Assembly (NCBI GenBank): GCA_002840305.1
Contig: PHAI01000003.1
Span: 134,908 to 198,907 of the forward strand
DNA length: 64,000 bases
Source: Candidatus Falkowbacteria bacterium HGW-Falkowbacteria-1
GTDB lineage: Bacteria > Patescibacteriota > Patescibacteriia > Patescibacteriales > UBA12465
Direction: 5' to 3'
The notes below the pieces were generated by a model. It was not told where the DNA came from. It saw only the letters and a list, made by a program, of their open reading frames with translations, and searched no databases. This document shows, piece by piece, positions 20,341 through 29,984 of this stretch; the stretch's first letter is position 1; every line of letters starts with the position of its first letter. Position numbers and translations under genes: made by a program.

Positions 20341-20372
20341 AAAAAGCGCTTCTAAACAAAGCGCTTTTTTTA
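20341..20372. terminator. Bidirectional intrinsic terminator
   Basis: AAAAAGCGCTT...AAGCGCTTTTT. Confidence 0.85.
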
Positions 20373-20397
20373 TTAATGAAAATAATATTTACTACAT

Positions 20398-20850
20398 TTA
20401 TAGATTTTGAGGGTCAGTGGTCTGAACTTGATTCGAACCACCCGGTAAGTTCTTAAATATAAAAGCCGTAATCGCGTAAGCCATAACAACTATAATAATT
20501 CCAATAACTGCGTTTTTTATTCTACCCTTGGCCGTTGTAATTTGCTCTTCGTTTCCACCGGCCATCATCCACTGATATCCACTAAAAATCATTAAAATCA
20601 AAAAAATTATGCCCAAAAGAGACAGGGCTGTCTTAATTATGCTGGCAACTATGTTTTTAGCTTCAGCCGATTGTAACCCTGAAGTGCCCCTAAAAGCATC
20701 CGCTTGGCCCTTTATGTTGCTAGCGGCCGGCGCAGGAACATACCCAGGATTTGGCTTTGGATTTTCCTGAGCATTAACAAAAGAGACCGAAGTAAACAAA
20801 ATTGTTAAAATTATTAAAAAATTCAAAAAAAACAAAGCTTTAATTTTCAT
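20398..20850 (-). CDS. Pilin-like protein (TrbC/VirB2-like, CPR type)
   Basis: Signal peptide, then two TMs linked by GYQWMMAGGNEEQITTAK...NAVIG. Confidence 0.85.
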   Translation of the reverse strand: MKIKALFFLNFLIILTILFTSVSFVNAQENPKPNPGYVPAPAASNIKGQADAFRGTSGLQSAEAKNIVASIIKTALSLLGIIFLILMIFSGYQWMMAGGNEEQITTAKGRIKNAVIGIIIVVMAYAITAFIFKNLPGGSNQVQTTDPQNL

Positions 20851-20868
20851 AAGAATATATTTAGCAAA

Positions 20869-21261
20869 TTAAATTTTATCTAATAAATATTTCTCTATTA
20901 TCATCCAAAGGGCATACGAAGAAATAACGATGATTAAACCAATGACCGCATTTTTTATTCTACCTTGAGCGCTTTTAACGCTTTCTTCGTTTCCACCCGC
21001 CGTCATCCATCTATAACCACCGATAATTATTAAAATCATAAAAACAACACCGAGAAGTGACAGAACAGTATTAACAACGCTACCAATGGTTTTTGCTAAA
21101 GTGAGCTCGTCTGTGTCAGAAGAAAACCCGGCAACGGTTCCTGCTTGTTGGAGTCTCCCAGTCACACTACTGTCACTAATTTGGGCCAAAGCGAAAAAGG
21201 GTAAAACCAAAATCAAGGTTAAGAAGCAGACAAAAGCGAATTGTTTCAAAAATTTTTTCAT
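20869..21261 (-). CDS. Pilin-like protein
   Basis: GGYRWMTAGGNEESVKSAQ...NAVIG. Confidence 0.85.
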   Translation of the reverse strand: MKKFLKQFAFVCFLTLILVLPFFALAQISDSSVTGRLQQAGTVAGFSSDTDELTLAKTIGSVVNTVLSLLGVVFMILIIIGGYRWMTAGGNEESVKSAQGRIKNAVIGLIIVISSYALWMIIEKYLLDKI

Positions 21262-21308
21262 AAATTTTTATATATATAATTTTTATAATTAAAAATATGC
21301 AAACCATT

Positions 21309-21722
21309 CTAATTGGGCAGGGTGAGACCTTGATTAACAAAAATATTTAAAATTAACCAACTCAAACCATAAGAAATTAAAACCACCAGCACTCCCACTG
21401 TGGCATGTTTTATTATTCTTTGAGCCTTTTCTACTTGTTGATCGTTGCCAGAAGCGGTCATCCACAAAACTCCACCATAAATAACATAAGCTAAAAAAAT
21501 AATTCCTAAAAAACTTAAAATAGCAGAAATAACAATACCAACAACGCCCTCCACGCTTTGAGTGTTAGCACTAACATTAAAGCCCATCTTAGACGCTGAC
21601 CAGCCAACCTTTGAAGGCTTAAAAGCGCTAGATAAATTTCCGGAAGCAAAAACATTCTGAACAAAAAAACAAAATAAGAATAAAAGAGGGATAATAAATT
21701 TTACATTTTTATGATTTTTCAT
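21309..21722 (-). CDS. Pilin-like protein
   Basis: YGGVLWMTASGNDQQVEKAQ. Confidence 0.85.
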   Translation of the reverse strand: MKNHKNVKFIIPLLFLFCFFVQNVFASGNLSSAFKPSKVGWSASKMGFNVSANTQSVEGVVGIVISAILSFLGIIFLAYVIYGGVLWMTASGNDQQVEKAQRIIKHATVGVLVVLISYGLSWLILNIFVNQGLTLPN

Positions 21723-21731
21723 TTGAAAAAA

Positions 21732-22145
21732 TTATTGAAAACTAAACGACCTTATAACCAAAATACTAATGGCGTAAGCACTGACAATAATAACTAGTCC
21801 TATTATTGATTCCGTTATTATTTTTTTGGCTCTATCTACTTGTTGATCGTTGCCCGCAGCCGTCATCCACAAGATTCCACCATATACCAAAAGTATCATA
21901 AAAACAATACCAATAAAGGAAACCACTACTTGTATTATAATACCGACCTCAATGCTAATAGACTCACTAGGGTCAAAACTCAAGCTAGTTTCGCTAGTTA
22001 TGTGCCCAGTTTCTAATGCCGCAGGAGCCAGGCCACTATCTTTCGTAAAATCATACCCAGCATCATCCTGAGCAAAAACAAAAAACGGCGCAAACAAAAA
22101 CAGCGTTAACAGAGAAATTAAAATTGAATACTTCTTGAAAATCAT
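21732..22145 (-). CDS. Pilin-like protein
   Basis: YGGILWMTAAGNDQQVDRAK; start moved to ATG 22145 (MIFKKYS). Confidence 0.85.
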   Translation of the reverse strand: MIFKKYSILISLLTLFLFAPFFVFAQDDAGYDFTKDSGLAPAALETGHITSETSLSFDPSESISIEVGIIIQVVVSFIGIVFMILLVYGGILWMTAAGNDQQVDRAKKIITESIIGLVIIVSAYAISILVIRSFSFQ

Positions 22146-22156
22146 ATTAAAAAAAC

Positions 22157-22762
22157 CTAATCTTGGCAATCTCCGGAAACAGGTCCGAGACGACAACAAC
22201 GACACGCTGGCGAGCTATAAAGATCAAAATCAAAACTATTATCGCTAAAACACACAGGGCATTGCAGCTGTTCAGGGGTCAAAAATTCTTCTTCGGGAGG
22301 AAGACCCTCTTCGGATGGGAGAATCTCTTCAAGGGACCCCTCGGGTACTTCTCCGGGCGGTGACGTTGAATCAAAAGTCGGTTTCGTTAATTGCGCTCCT
22401 ATAAATTGAACTAAAATAAAAGAAATAAATACAATCACGATTCCTACGGCCGCCCAAACCATTACGTTTCTAGACTTTACCACCTGTTGATCGTTGCCGG
22501 AAGCTGTCATCCATAAAAGACCACCATAAATCATTAAAATTAAAAACAACAAGCCAACAAAAGACAGAAGAACTCCCGTAACACCACCAAGCTTATCAAC
22601 TAAATAACCCCCGGCATCAGAACCGACTGGTCTAAAGGCCTGTTCAAGTTTTCCCTGCTTAGAGGTGACATTTAGACCATAATCAATCGACTTGGCCGAA
22701 ACGAAAGAAAAACAAAAAAATATGGAAAACAACGATAAAAGCAAAAAAAGTTTTATTTTCAT
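22157..22762 (-). CDS. Pilin-like protein with acidic/Pro linker and Cys-rich tail
   Basis: YGGLLWMTASGNDQQVVKSR; C-terminal CPVC...CRCC...C. Confidence 0.8.
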   Translation of the reverse strand: MKIKLFLLLSLFSIFFCFSFVSAKSIDYGLNVTSKQGKLEQAFRPVGSDAGGYLVDKLGGVTGVLLSFVGLLFLILMIYGGLLWMTASGNDQQVVKSRNVMVWAAVGIVIVFISFILVQFIGAQLTKPTFDSTSPPGEVPEGSLEEILPSEEGLPPEEEFLTPEQLQCPVCFSDNSFDFDLYSSPACRCCRLGPVSGDCQD

Positions 22763-22813
22763 ATTTAATATATTTTTTTATTTTATTATTTTTTATTACT
22801 ACACATTCTTGAT

Positions 22814-23221
22814 TTATTCCGAAGAACTAGGGAAAAAAACTCCACCGATGAGATTAGTGATGGCATAAGCAGACAGAACTATGACCAAGCCTATAATTGC
22901 CTGAATGATTAAACTTTTTGCCTTTTCTGTTTGTTGTTCGTTTCCTCTGGCCGTCATCCATAAAAGGCCGCCATAGATTATCAGAACCATAAAAAGAACT
23001 CCAATAAAAGAAAGAATTGATCCAATTATTAAGCCGATTCTACCAGACAAATAAAAACTAGAGTTATTTTCATATTTGTTAACTTCTTCGGTGTTAAAAG
23101 CGCCTTTTAAATCCGCCTTATTGTTCACAACGTCGTCTAGCCCCCAACTTCCAGCAGCACTAACAGTTCTAGAAGAAAACAAAAGAAAAACTAAAAAAAT
23201 GAATATCTTAAATTTTTTCAT
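22814..23221 (-). CDS. Pilin-like protein
   Basis: YGGLLWMTARGNEQQTEKAK; probable start MKKFKIF at 23221. Confidence 0.85.
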   Translation of the reverse strand: MKKFKIFIFLVFLLFSSRTVSAAGSWGLDDVVNNKADLKGAFNTEEVNKYENNSSFYLSGRIGLIIGSILSFIGVLFMVLIIYGGLLWMTARGNEQQTEKAKSLIIQAIIGLVIVLSAYAITNLIGGVFFPSSSE

Positions 23222-23266
23222 AAAGAAAACCATTATTCTCGACACAATAATTTATGCCGAGAAGAA

Positions 23267-23291
23267 TGGTGCCTACAAAAAATAGGCACCA
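23267..23291 (-). terminator. Hairpin (possible leaky terminator or mRNA stabiliser) after the first pilin gene
   Basis: TGGTGCCTA-N7-TAGGCACCA; followed on the minus strand by weak TTCTTCT. Confidence 0.6.
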
Positions 23292-23323
23292 ATTTCTAAA
23301 ATCGAGTCTAGAAACTAAAGAAC

Positions 23324-23707
23324 TTATTGTGTCTGCTGCATTAATGCGTTTAATACGAAAGTTGTTATTCCCCAAGCTGCTAAAATTATAACCAAACCGA
23401 CAACGCCAGCTCCTAATAATTTTTTAGCTTCAGAAATTTTTTCTTCATTACCAGCGGCAGTCATCCATTTAAAACCTCCAAGCAATACTATAACAACAGC
23501 TACTATACCAAGTAGAGTCAAAACTGTGTTTATAATACCAGCGGCCATAGTTCTTGGATCTTTGTTTCCCAAAGCAATACCATTATCACCACCAACGAAG
23601 TTTAAACCGAAAGTGTCGTTAGCACCAGCATTGTTAGGTAAAGCCAATGTTATAATAGGCAAAACAAACAAAGCTACAAGTAAAAAACTAATAATTTTTT
23701 TCTTCAT
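23324..23707 (-). CDS. Pilin-like protein, probable major subunit
   Basis: GGFKWMTAAGNEEKISEAK; first gene of the array; preceded by strong SD AGAAAGGTGGTGA (23712-23724). Confidence 0.88.
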   Translation of the reverse strand: MKKKIISFLLVALFVLPIITLALPNNAGANDTFGLNFVGGDNGIALGNKDPRTMAAGIINTVLTLLGIVAVVIVLLGGFKWMTAAGNEEKISEAKKLLGAGVVGLVIILAAWGITTFVLNALMQQTQ

Positions 23708-23806
23708 AGAGTCACCACCTTTCTAGTTTCTAATTTTTATACTAAAATAATAACATACATTTTAAAAAATAACAATATTTGATACAATGATATTGAACTA
23801 AAAAAT

Positions 23807-25453
23807 ATGGCCAAAATCAAATTCACTAAAGTGTTTACAATAGTCTTTTATATCCTCATATTTTTCTTGCTATTAAAAAACTCATTGAATTATCTCGACC
23901 CGGATCTTGGCTGGCACCTAAAAGCTGGGGAGGAAGTAGCCATCAGCAAGAACGTAAACAGCATAAATCATTATAACTACGTCTTTGAAAGTGGCGATAC
24001 CTGGGTTAATCATGAATGGCTCTCAGATTTTATACTTTTTTCAGTTTATGACAATTACCCTTATTTATTCTTAAACATAATTTTCGCATTAATAATAATC
24101 TTGGTTTTAGTGCTTGCTAAAAACTTTATAATAAATAATTTTACCAAAGACAAACATTCTGTTTATATTGTTTTGCTCTTAAGCCTCTTCGGAGTGATAG
24201 CATCAAAACCACATCTCGGGATAAGAATACAAGAAGTAAGTCTGTTGTTTTTATTTATAGAAATTACAATCTTACACTTATTCGAAAAAAGAAGCGTTGA
24301 AAACAAGAAAAACAACTGGACAATTCTTTTTTGTTTAATTCCTCTTCTTTTTCTTTGGGCCAATATGCATGCTGGCTTTCTTTTGGGAATTTTTGTTCTA
24401 TTTTTTTATTGTGGTTTAAAGATATTTGAAAAAATAATATACAATTTTAGAAACCAAACCCCATTAATCGAAAAATTCTCAAAATTTTTTACTTTTAATA
24501 CCATCCTGGAGAACAAGGATGTGAAAATATTTTTTGTTTTTACAATTTTGGCCAGCCTCTCTACGGCACTAACCCCCTATGGACTTAATTTGTTCGAATT
24601 TTTAAGCTCATACCAAAATACTGCCTACTTAAAAATAATTTCCGAATGGTTACCACAATATTATTATCCTTTTTCATATTGGCAAATAATTTATATTGGA
24701 GTAACCATGGCTTTTTTGATTTATTCTTTCTTTATTGAAAAAAATAAAAAAGATATAAACAATTTGTGGAATTTTTTTATTATTTTGTTGTTTGTTGTTT
24801 TATCAATAAAATCAAAGAGACATTTTCCCTTGTTATTTATAGTCTCGCTCCCTTTTTTATCGACGGTTCTATATAACGAAATAAGCCCAATACTAAAGAA
24901 CATAAGCATTAGAAAAACAAAAATAGACAATTTTATAAAGGTATATCTATTCTTACTCTTCGCCTGTGCTATATCATCTATAATATTGAGCACTAAAAAA
25001 ATAGAAGATCCATTCACTTATTTTTGTGACCGATACCCTTGTCAAGCCTTAGAATTTTTGCAAAAAGACAAAAATCTTGAAAACGCCAGAATATTTAACG
25101 AATATAGCTGGGGTGGCTATTTAATTCATCAATGGCCAGAAAAAAAACTTTTTATTGACGGTCGCTTACCGCAAAAAAAAATAAAAGATCATAGCTACGT
25201 AGAGGAATACAAGCTCTTTTTCTCTGAAGAAAAAACAATAAGCGAATTAATAAATGAATATCAGATAGAGTTGTTCCTAATAGGGAACCAAGAAAAAAAG
25301 ATAAAAATAAATTGGATAGACAAAAACATTTTTGGAATAAAAGAAGAAAAAGTAAAAGATGACAAAAATAATTTAATAAATTTCTTAGAAAAAAATGATC
25401 AATTTGAAAAAATATATGAAGACAAGGTTGGCCTTATCTATCATAAATTATAA
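23807..25453 (+). CDS. Polytopic membrane protein, GT-C-fold glycosyltransferase-like
   Basis: DPDLGWHL..G in the first external loop, WANMHAGF, TPYG, ISEW; C-terminal soluble domain with WGGYL/FIDGR. Confidence 0.65.
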   Translation: MAKIKFTKVFTIVFYILIFFLLLKNSLNYLDPDLGWHLKAGEEVAISKNVNSINHYNYVFESGDTWVNHEWLSDFILFSVYDNYPYLFLNIIFALIIILVLVLAKNFIINNFTKDKHSVYIVLLLSLFGVIASKPHLGIRIQEVSLLFLFIEITILHLFEKRSVENKKNNWTILFCLIPLLFLWANMHAGFLLGIFVLFFYCGLKIFEKIIYNFRNQTPLIEKFSKFFTFNTILENKDVKIFFVFTILASLSTALTPYGLNLFEFLSSYQNTAYLKIISEWLPQYYYPFSYWQIIYIGVTMAFLIYSFFIEKNKKDINNLWNFFIILLFVVLSIKSKRHFPLLFIVSLPFLSTVLYNEISPILKNISIRKTKIDNFIKVYLFLLFACAISSIILSTKKIEDPFTYFCDRYPCQALEFLQKDKNLENARIFNEYSWGGYLIHQWPEKKLFIDGRLPQKKIKDHSYVEEYKLFFSEEKTISELINEYQIELFLIGNQEKKIKINWIDKNIFGIKEEKVKDDKNNLINFLEKNDQFEKIYEDKVGLIYHKL

Positions 25454-26819
25454 AAAACATAGATTCGAAATATTATATTATTTTCTCTTACTATTATTAA
25501 GCATCTTTTTCCACTATGGACACGCCTTAAATGCTGACGAGGGCGTCGTCTTAAATGGAGCCTGGAATCTTTTAAATAATCAGAGACTATACATTGATTT
25601 TGTTGAAATTATTCCCCCTGGAAGCTTCTACTTAATATACTGGGGATTCAAAATATTCGGGGCCGAATATTATGTGGCCAACATTATCAGCTTATTACTT
25701 GTTTTTGGATCCGCTATCGGCATATACAAATCATTAAATTTAATCAAAAAACAACAATTTAATTTATTGCTTCCAATCATTTTTGTATTATCACTCGCCG
25801 GGCTACCAATAATCAATCATAATTTATACAATAGCTTTTTTATTATTTGGGCTGTTTATTTTTTTATCTTGGGGTTAAACAAAGAAAAAACGCTACCATT
25901 CTGCATGTCTGGTTTTTTTGGCGGTCTAGCTATTATTTTCCTACAACAAAAAGGACTTGCCTTTTGGGCAGCGTCAATTTTATTTCTATTCATATATTGG
26001 ATCATAAAAAAAGAAAAAGAGTATTTTATAAAAATAATAAACTACGTTATTTTTTCATTAATACCAATTTTAGTTGTTCTTTTAAGTTGGCCAATCAACA
26101 TTCTATACCATAATTTAATAACCTTTCCAATGTTTAACTATTGGGACGTTAACAAGACTCCTTTGTATGTATTTTTCATTGTCTTGTTAATTTTTTTATA
26201 CTTTCTTTACCAATTAAAAAATAAATCTCAAGAGATCAGCTACTTACTATTTATTCAATTTTTTCTATTAATGACAACACTGCCGCTTCCAGACTTCTAT
26301 CACGTCGTTCTAATTGTTTTTCCCCTATTAATTTTAAGTCCGACGCTATACTCCGTTCATAATCGTTGGCATAAAACAACAGTGGTCATTATTCTACTGG
26401 CATTTACTGTTTTGAGATTTTTATACACCCTTCCAACGTTTGAGTTTTTCTACAACTACAAAAAAGATAATCCCAATTGGATGGAATATATAAAAAAAGA
26501 ATGTCCAGGAAAGTATATTTATAGCGCCCCCTTTTTCCCAAACCTATATTTCGAAACTAAAAAAATTAATGCCACTCCATTTGGACTCTTGATTGAGGGC
26601 TATTCGACCAAAGAGCAATTTGGTGAAGCATTGATATCTTTTAAAAGAAACAACCCTGATTGCGCCGTTTTGATTTATTATCCAAGCATCGAAAACAAAT
26701 TCAAACATCAAGGAAAAAATGTTTTGGAAACCTACATTATAAATAACTATGAATTTATTTCTAACGAAAATGACATATCCATTTATAAGAATAGAAATAT
26801 TTACTACCAAAATGAATAA
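25416..26819 (+). CDS. Polytopic membrane protein, GT-C (ArnT/PMT-like)
   Basis: DEG acidic dyad after TM1, LYIDF..IPPG, about 11 TMs; start uncertain (25395 or 25416). Confidence 0.65.
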   Translation: MKTRLALSIINYKKHRFEILYYFLLLLLSIFFHYGHALNADEGVVLNGAWNLLNNQRLYIDFVEIIPPGSFYLIYWGFKIFGAEYYVANIISLLLVFGSAIGIYKSLNLIKKQQFNLLLPIIFVLSLAGLPIINHNLYNSFFIIWAVYFFILGLNKEKTLPFCMSGFFGGLAIIFLQQKGLAFWAASILFLFIYWIIKKEKEYFIKIINYVIFSLIPILVVLLSWPINILYHNLITFPMFNYWDVNKTPLYVFFIVLLIFLYFLYQLKNKSQEISYLLFIQFFLLMTTLPLPDFYHVVLIVFPLLILSPTLYSVHNRWHKTTVVIILLAFTVLRFLYTLPTFEFFYNYKKDNPNWMEYIKKECPGKYIYSAPFFPNLYFETKKINATPFGLLIEGYSTKEQFGEALISFKRNNPDCAVLIYYPSIENKFKHQGKNVLETYIINNYEFISNENDISIYKNRNIYYQNE

Positions 26820-26856
26820 TGGTAGATAGAAATAAGCGCCTAGAATAGCAAAATAT

Positions 26857-28212
26857 ATGAAAACAAAAATGATTACATTTTTCACGCTAGCCAATCTGAA
26901 AAAAAATAAAATAGAGCTATTACTAATTGTCTATTCTGCACTATGGCTTTTTTTCTATTTGGTAGAACCCATTAGAAAAAAAATACTGCGCGAAGAAAGC
27001 CAAACTTTACAAAACAATTCTTTATTCATCATTATTGGCTTATCATTACTTGTTTTGTTGATTTTTTATTTTTTCATTTTTTTAGAAATAAAAAAAAGGG
27101 TTAACTTAAATTTCAAAAAAATATTTTTTATAAGTATCATTGTGAATCTATTCTTGCTCTTTGTTTGGCCAATAGCATCCTGCGATCTTTTTCATTATAT
27201 ACAACACGGTAGAGTCCTTGGGGTTTTTAGAGAAAATCCTTACACAAACTCTTACTCTAATTTTAATCATGATCCATTCTTCAATAAGCTCGAAAACAAA
27301 TTAATGACCCTAAAGTCTCCGTATGGGCCCCTTTTTATAATTATAAACGGCGCAATTTCACTAATTTCTAAAAACAACATAACCTTGAACCTATTTTTGC
27401 TAAAGTTTTTCTTTGTGGTCTTAAATATATTCACCGGATATTTTATATACAAAATAAGCAAAAATATTGTTTCTTTCTATTTATACGCTTTTAATCCCCT
27501 GATTTTATTTGAATTTTCTATCAACGGACATAACGACATTCTGCTAATATTTTTTATTATAGCCTTCTTTTTATTTTATAAAAAAAGTGGCATAAAAAAT
27601 AATTTAATATCTTTCACGTTTTTAGTCTTGTCATTTTTAACAAAATTTATACCCATTATTTTTTTGCCAATTTTTATTCTAACCGTACTTTCAAAGTTAA
27701 AAACTAACAAGGAAAGAATATATTTTTCCTTGGCATCGTTGTTAATCTTCTCTTTATTAACAATTGCTTTGTACGGACCATTTATAAAGAGTCCCGAAGA
27801 CATAATAAGGCCAATGATACTCCAATCAAAAACAATAGGGATATTTATGTCCCCTTTGATTATTTTGCTAATTGGCATTCTTAGAAAAATAACAACAAAT
27901 CCCATCCCGGCCTCTATAATTATCGGGAAAATAGCTTTTGTCATTTTTTATTTTTTTGTTATAATAAAAATAATCAAAAACAAATTTAAACAAAAAAACG
28001 AGAAAGAAGAAAATATCTATGAACTTTTTGGAATAACCATCTTGTTTTTTTATTTAAGTTTCTTTTCTTGGTTAATGCCCTGGTATTTCACTTCGATAAT
28101 ATTAATATTTGCCTTAAATTACTGTTTTCGGCCAAAACAACAATACTTATCCTTACTCGCTATTTTTGGATCAACTTTTTATGGTCTCCTTTATTATCTT
28201 TTTTTAAGGTAA
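26857..28212 (+). CDS. Polyprenol-phosphate-sugar-dependent glycosyltransferase (GT87/MptAB-like)
   Basis: SCDLFHY..HGR, NPY, SPYGPLF, NPL......NGHND, PWY. Confidence 0.8.
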   Translation: MKTKMITFFTLANLKKNKIELLLIVYSALWLFFYLVEPIRKKILREESQTLQNNSLFIIIGLSLLVLLIFYFFIFLEIKKRVNLNFKKIFFISIIVNLFLLFVWPIASCDLFHYIQHGRVLGVFRENPYTNSYSNFNHDPFFNKLENKLMTLKSPYGPLFIIINGAISLISKNNITLNLFLLKFFFVVLNIFTGYFIYKISKNIVSFYLYAFNPLILFEFSINGHNDILLIFFIIAFFLFYKKSGIKNNLISFTFLVLSFLTKFIPIIFLPIFILTVLSKLKTNKERIYFSLASLLIFSLLTIALYGPFIKSPEDIIRPMILQSKTIGIFMSPLIILLIGILRKITTNPIPASIIIGKIAFVIFYFFVIIKIIKNKFKQKNEKEENIYELFGITILFFYLSFFSWLMPWYFTSIILIFALNYCFRPKQQYLSLLAIFGSTFYGLLYYLFLR

Positions 28213-28263
28213 TAAAACAAAAAAACGTTGCCAAATCTTAGCATTTATCCAATAATCAAAAAT

Positions 28264-29004
28264 ATGACAATAGATTTTATTATCCCAGCCTACAACGAAG
28301 AACAACTGTTAGAAAAGAACATAACAAAGCTTTTTGATTTTTTAAATTTGCAAAATTATAACTTTGACTGGAAAATAAATATAATTATTAATGGTTCAAA
28401 CGATAATTCAGAAAAAATAGCCAAAAAAATAACAAACAAAAATATAGGATATGAAGTAATAAAGGAAGCCGGAAAAGGAAATGCCATAATAACGACAATG
28501 GACAAAAGCAGCGCCGACTTTTTTGTTTATATGGACATAGATTTAGCGGTATCATTAGAAAATATAAACGACTTAGTGAAGGAGTTACTTTTAGAAAACG
28601 ACTTTGTTATCGGCTCTCGCCTGTTGGCGAAATCCGTAAGAAAAAGATCTCTAACCAAAGACATCATATCCAAAACCTATGTTTTGCTATCTAAAATAAT
28701 ATTAGGGCACAATTTCTCTGATTTACAATGCGGTTTTAAGGCCATAAAAAGAAGCGCCTTTATTAAAATACGCCCCTTCATTGAAGACAATAAATGGTTC
28801 TTCGATACTGAATTTATTATTTTTGCCAAACTTCTAGATTTAAAAATAAAGGAAATACCTGTCAATTGGTCTGAGAATCGCTATGAAAAGAGAAAAAGTA
28901 AGCTTAAATTATTAAGAAACTCTTTATTATTTACAAACAACCTCTTTAAACTAAAAAAAAGGCTAAATAAAATAGCTTCCGAAAAAAAACGCACAAAACG
29001 TTAG
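28264..29004 (+). CDS. GT2 polyprenyl/dolichyl-phosphate glycosyltransferase (DPM1/ALG5-like)
   Basis: IIPAYNEE, GKG.A, MDIDL, IGSR, DLQCGFK, WFFDTE, EIPV.W. Confidence 0.9.
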   Translation: MTIDFIIPAYNEEQLLEKNITKLFDFLNLQNYNFDWKINIIINGSNDNSEKIAKKITNKNIGYEVIKEAGKGNAIITTMDKSSADFFVYMDIDLAVSLENINDLVKELLLENDFVIGSRLLAKSVRKRSLTKDIISKTYVLLSKIILGHNFSDLQCGFKAIKRSAFIKIRPFIEDNKWFFDTEFIIFAKLLDLKIKEIPVNWSENRYEKRKSKLKLLRNSLLFTNNLFKLKKRLNKIASEKKRTKR

Positions 29005-29375
29005 AATAAAATATTTTTATAATGCTTTATATCTACCATCTTTCTCTTCGTGTTAACCATAATCATCAAAAAATCCAAGCTAATCTTCTCCACATTTATT
29101 TTCTTATAATAACAGTAAAGGCCAATAGCTTTTTTCAAATTTTTAATTTGTTTTCTTTTTAAGTTTTCTTCGTCCAACTCTAAATATTTTGTACTTCTGG
29201 TTTTCACCTCAAAAAAAACAAGCCTCCCTTTAAAAGAAGCTATAATATCAATCTCTAAATGGCCAAAACGACAGTTGCATCCAACCATCTCATAACCAGC
29301 GCTTAATAAATACTTTTTAGCGACACCTTCTCCCAACTTCCCGAGGTCTATTTTATTTTTTGACTTATAATACAT
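29001..29375 (-). CDS. yraN: YraN (UPF0102) family nuclease
   Basis: LGKLGE..A..YL, EIDIIA, FFEVKTR. Confidence 0.92.
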   Translation of the reverse strand: MYYKSKNKIDLGKLGEGVAKKYLLSAGYEMVGCNCRFGHLEIDIIASFKGRLVFFEVKTRSTKYLELDEENLKRKQIKNLKKAIGLYCYYKKINVEKISLDFLMIMVNTKRKMVDIKHYKNILF

Positions 29376-29427
29376 TTTTTAATTGTAAAAAACGCATCAT
29401 AAAACTATAATAAAATATTTTTAAAGT

Positions 29428-29973
29428 CTATTTTTTCAAAAGAAGTCCATAATGATACTCTCCAGCGTCAAAGGCGTCAACCGTCTTTAAGCCTAAAAAA
29501 TTGACAATCTTTTGAATATCGTTTTTATCTATTTTTCGATCATTTGACAAGATAAAGGGCGAATCAATTTCGTTCCACTCCACTATTAAAACAAGAGCCC
29601 CGGGCTTTAGCATTCTAAAAGTTTCCTTCAGGATATCAATATATTTATTTGATTGGTGTAAAACATTCACAAGCAAAGCGGAATCCAAAGATTCGGACTC
29701 TATTTTTGTCCCATTTAGCACCTCCAGGTTACTCCAAATAGTTTCTACCTGAGTTAAGTTTTCTGTTCTGGCTCTTTTTTTTATAGATTCTAAATTATCT
29801 TTTATAATATCAACCGCATAAATTTTGCCACTTTTGCCAACAATTTTGGCCAATAAAAACGTAAAATAACCAAAAGCACCACAACCCAAATCAGCCACGA
29901 AAGACCCCTGCTTTAATTTAAGTCTTTTCACTAAAGACTCTATGTCTAATAAATTATTTTTAGTTAAAACCAT
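29428..29973 (-). CDS. Class I SAM-dependent methyltransferase
   Basis: VADLGCG..GYFT, YAVDI, LKPG. Confidence 0.88.
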   Translation of the reverse strand: MVLTKNNLLDIESLVKRLKLKQGSFVADLGCGAFGYFTFLLAKIVGKSGKIYAVDIIKDNLESIKKRARTENLTQVETIWSNLEVLNGTKIESESLDSALLVNVLHQSNKYIDILKETFRMLKPGALVLIVEWNEIDSPFILSNDRKIDKNDIQKIVNFLGLKTVDAFDAGEYHYGLLLKK

Positions 29974-29984
29974 ATAGATATAAT

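Noticed and set aside
20398..23707. Diversity-generating retroelement or invertible shufflon acting on the pilins
   Set aside because: No reverse transcriptase, no adenine-specific template/variable repeat pair, and all genes are intact and co-oriented
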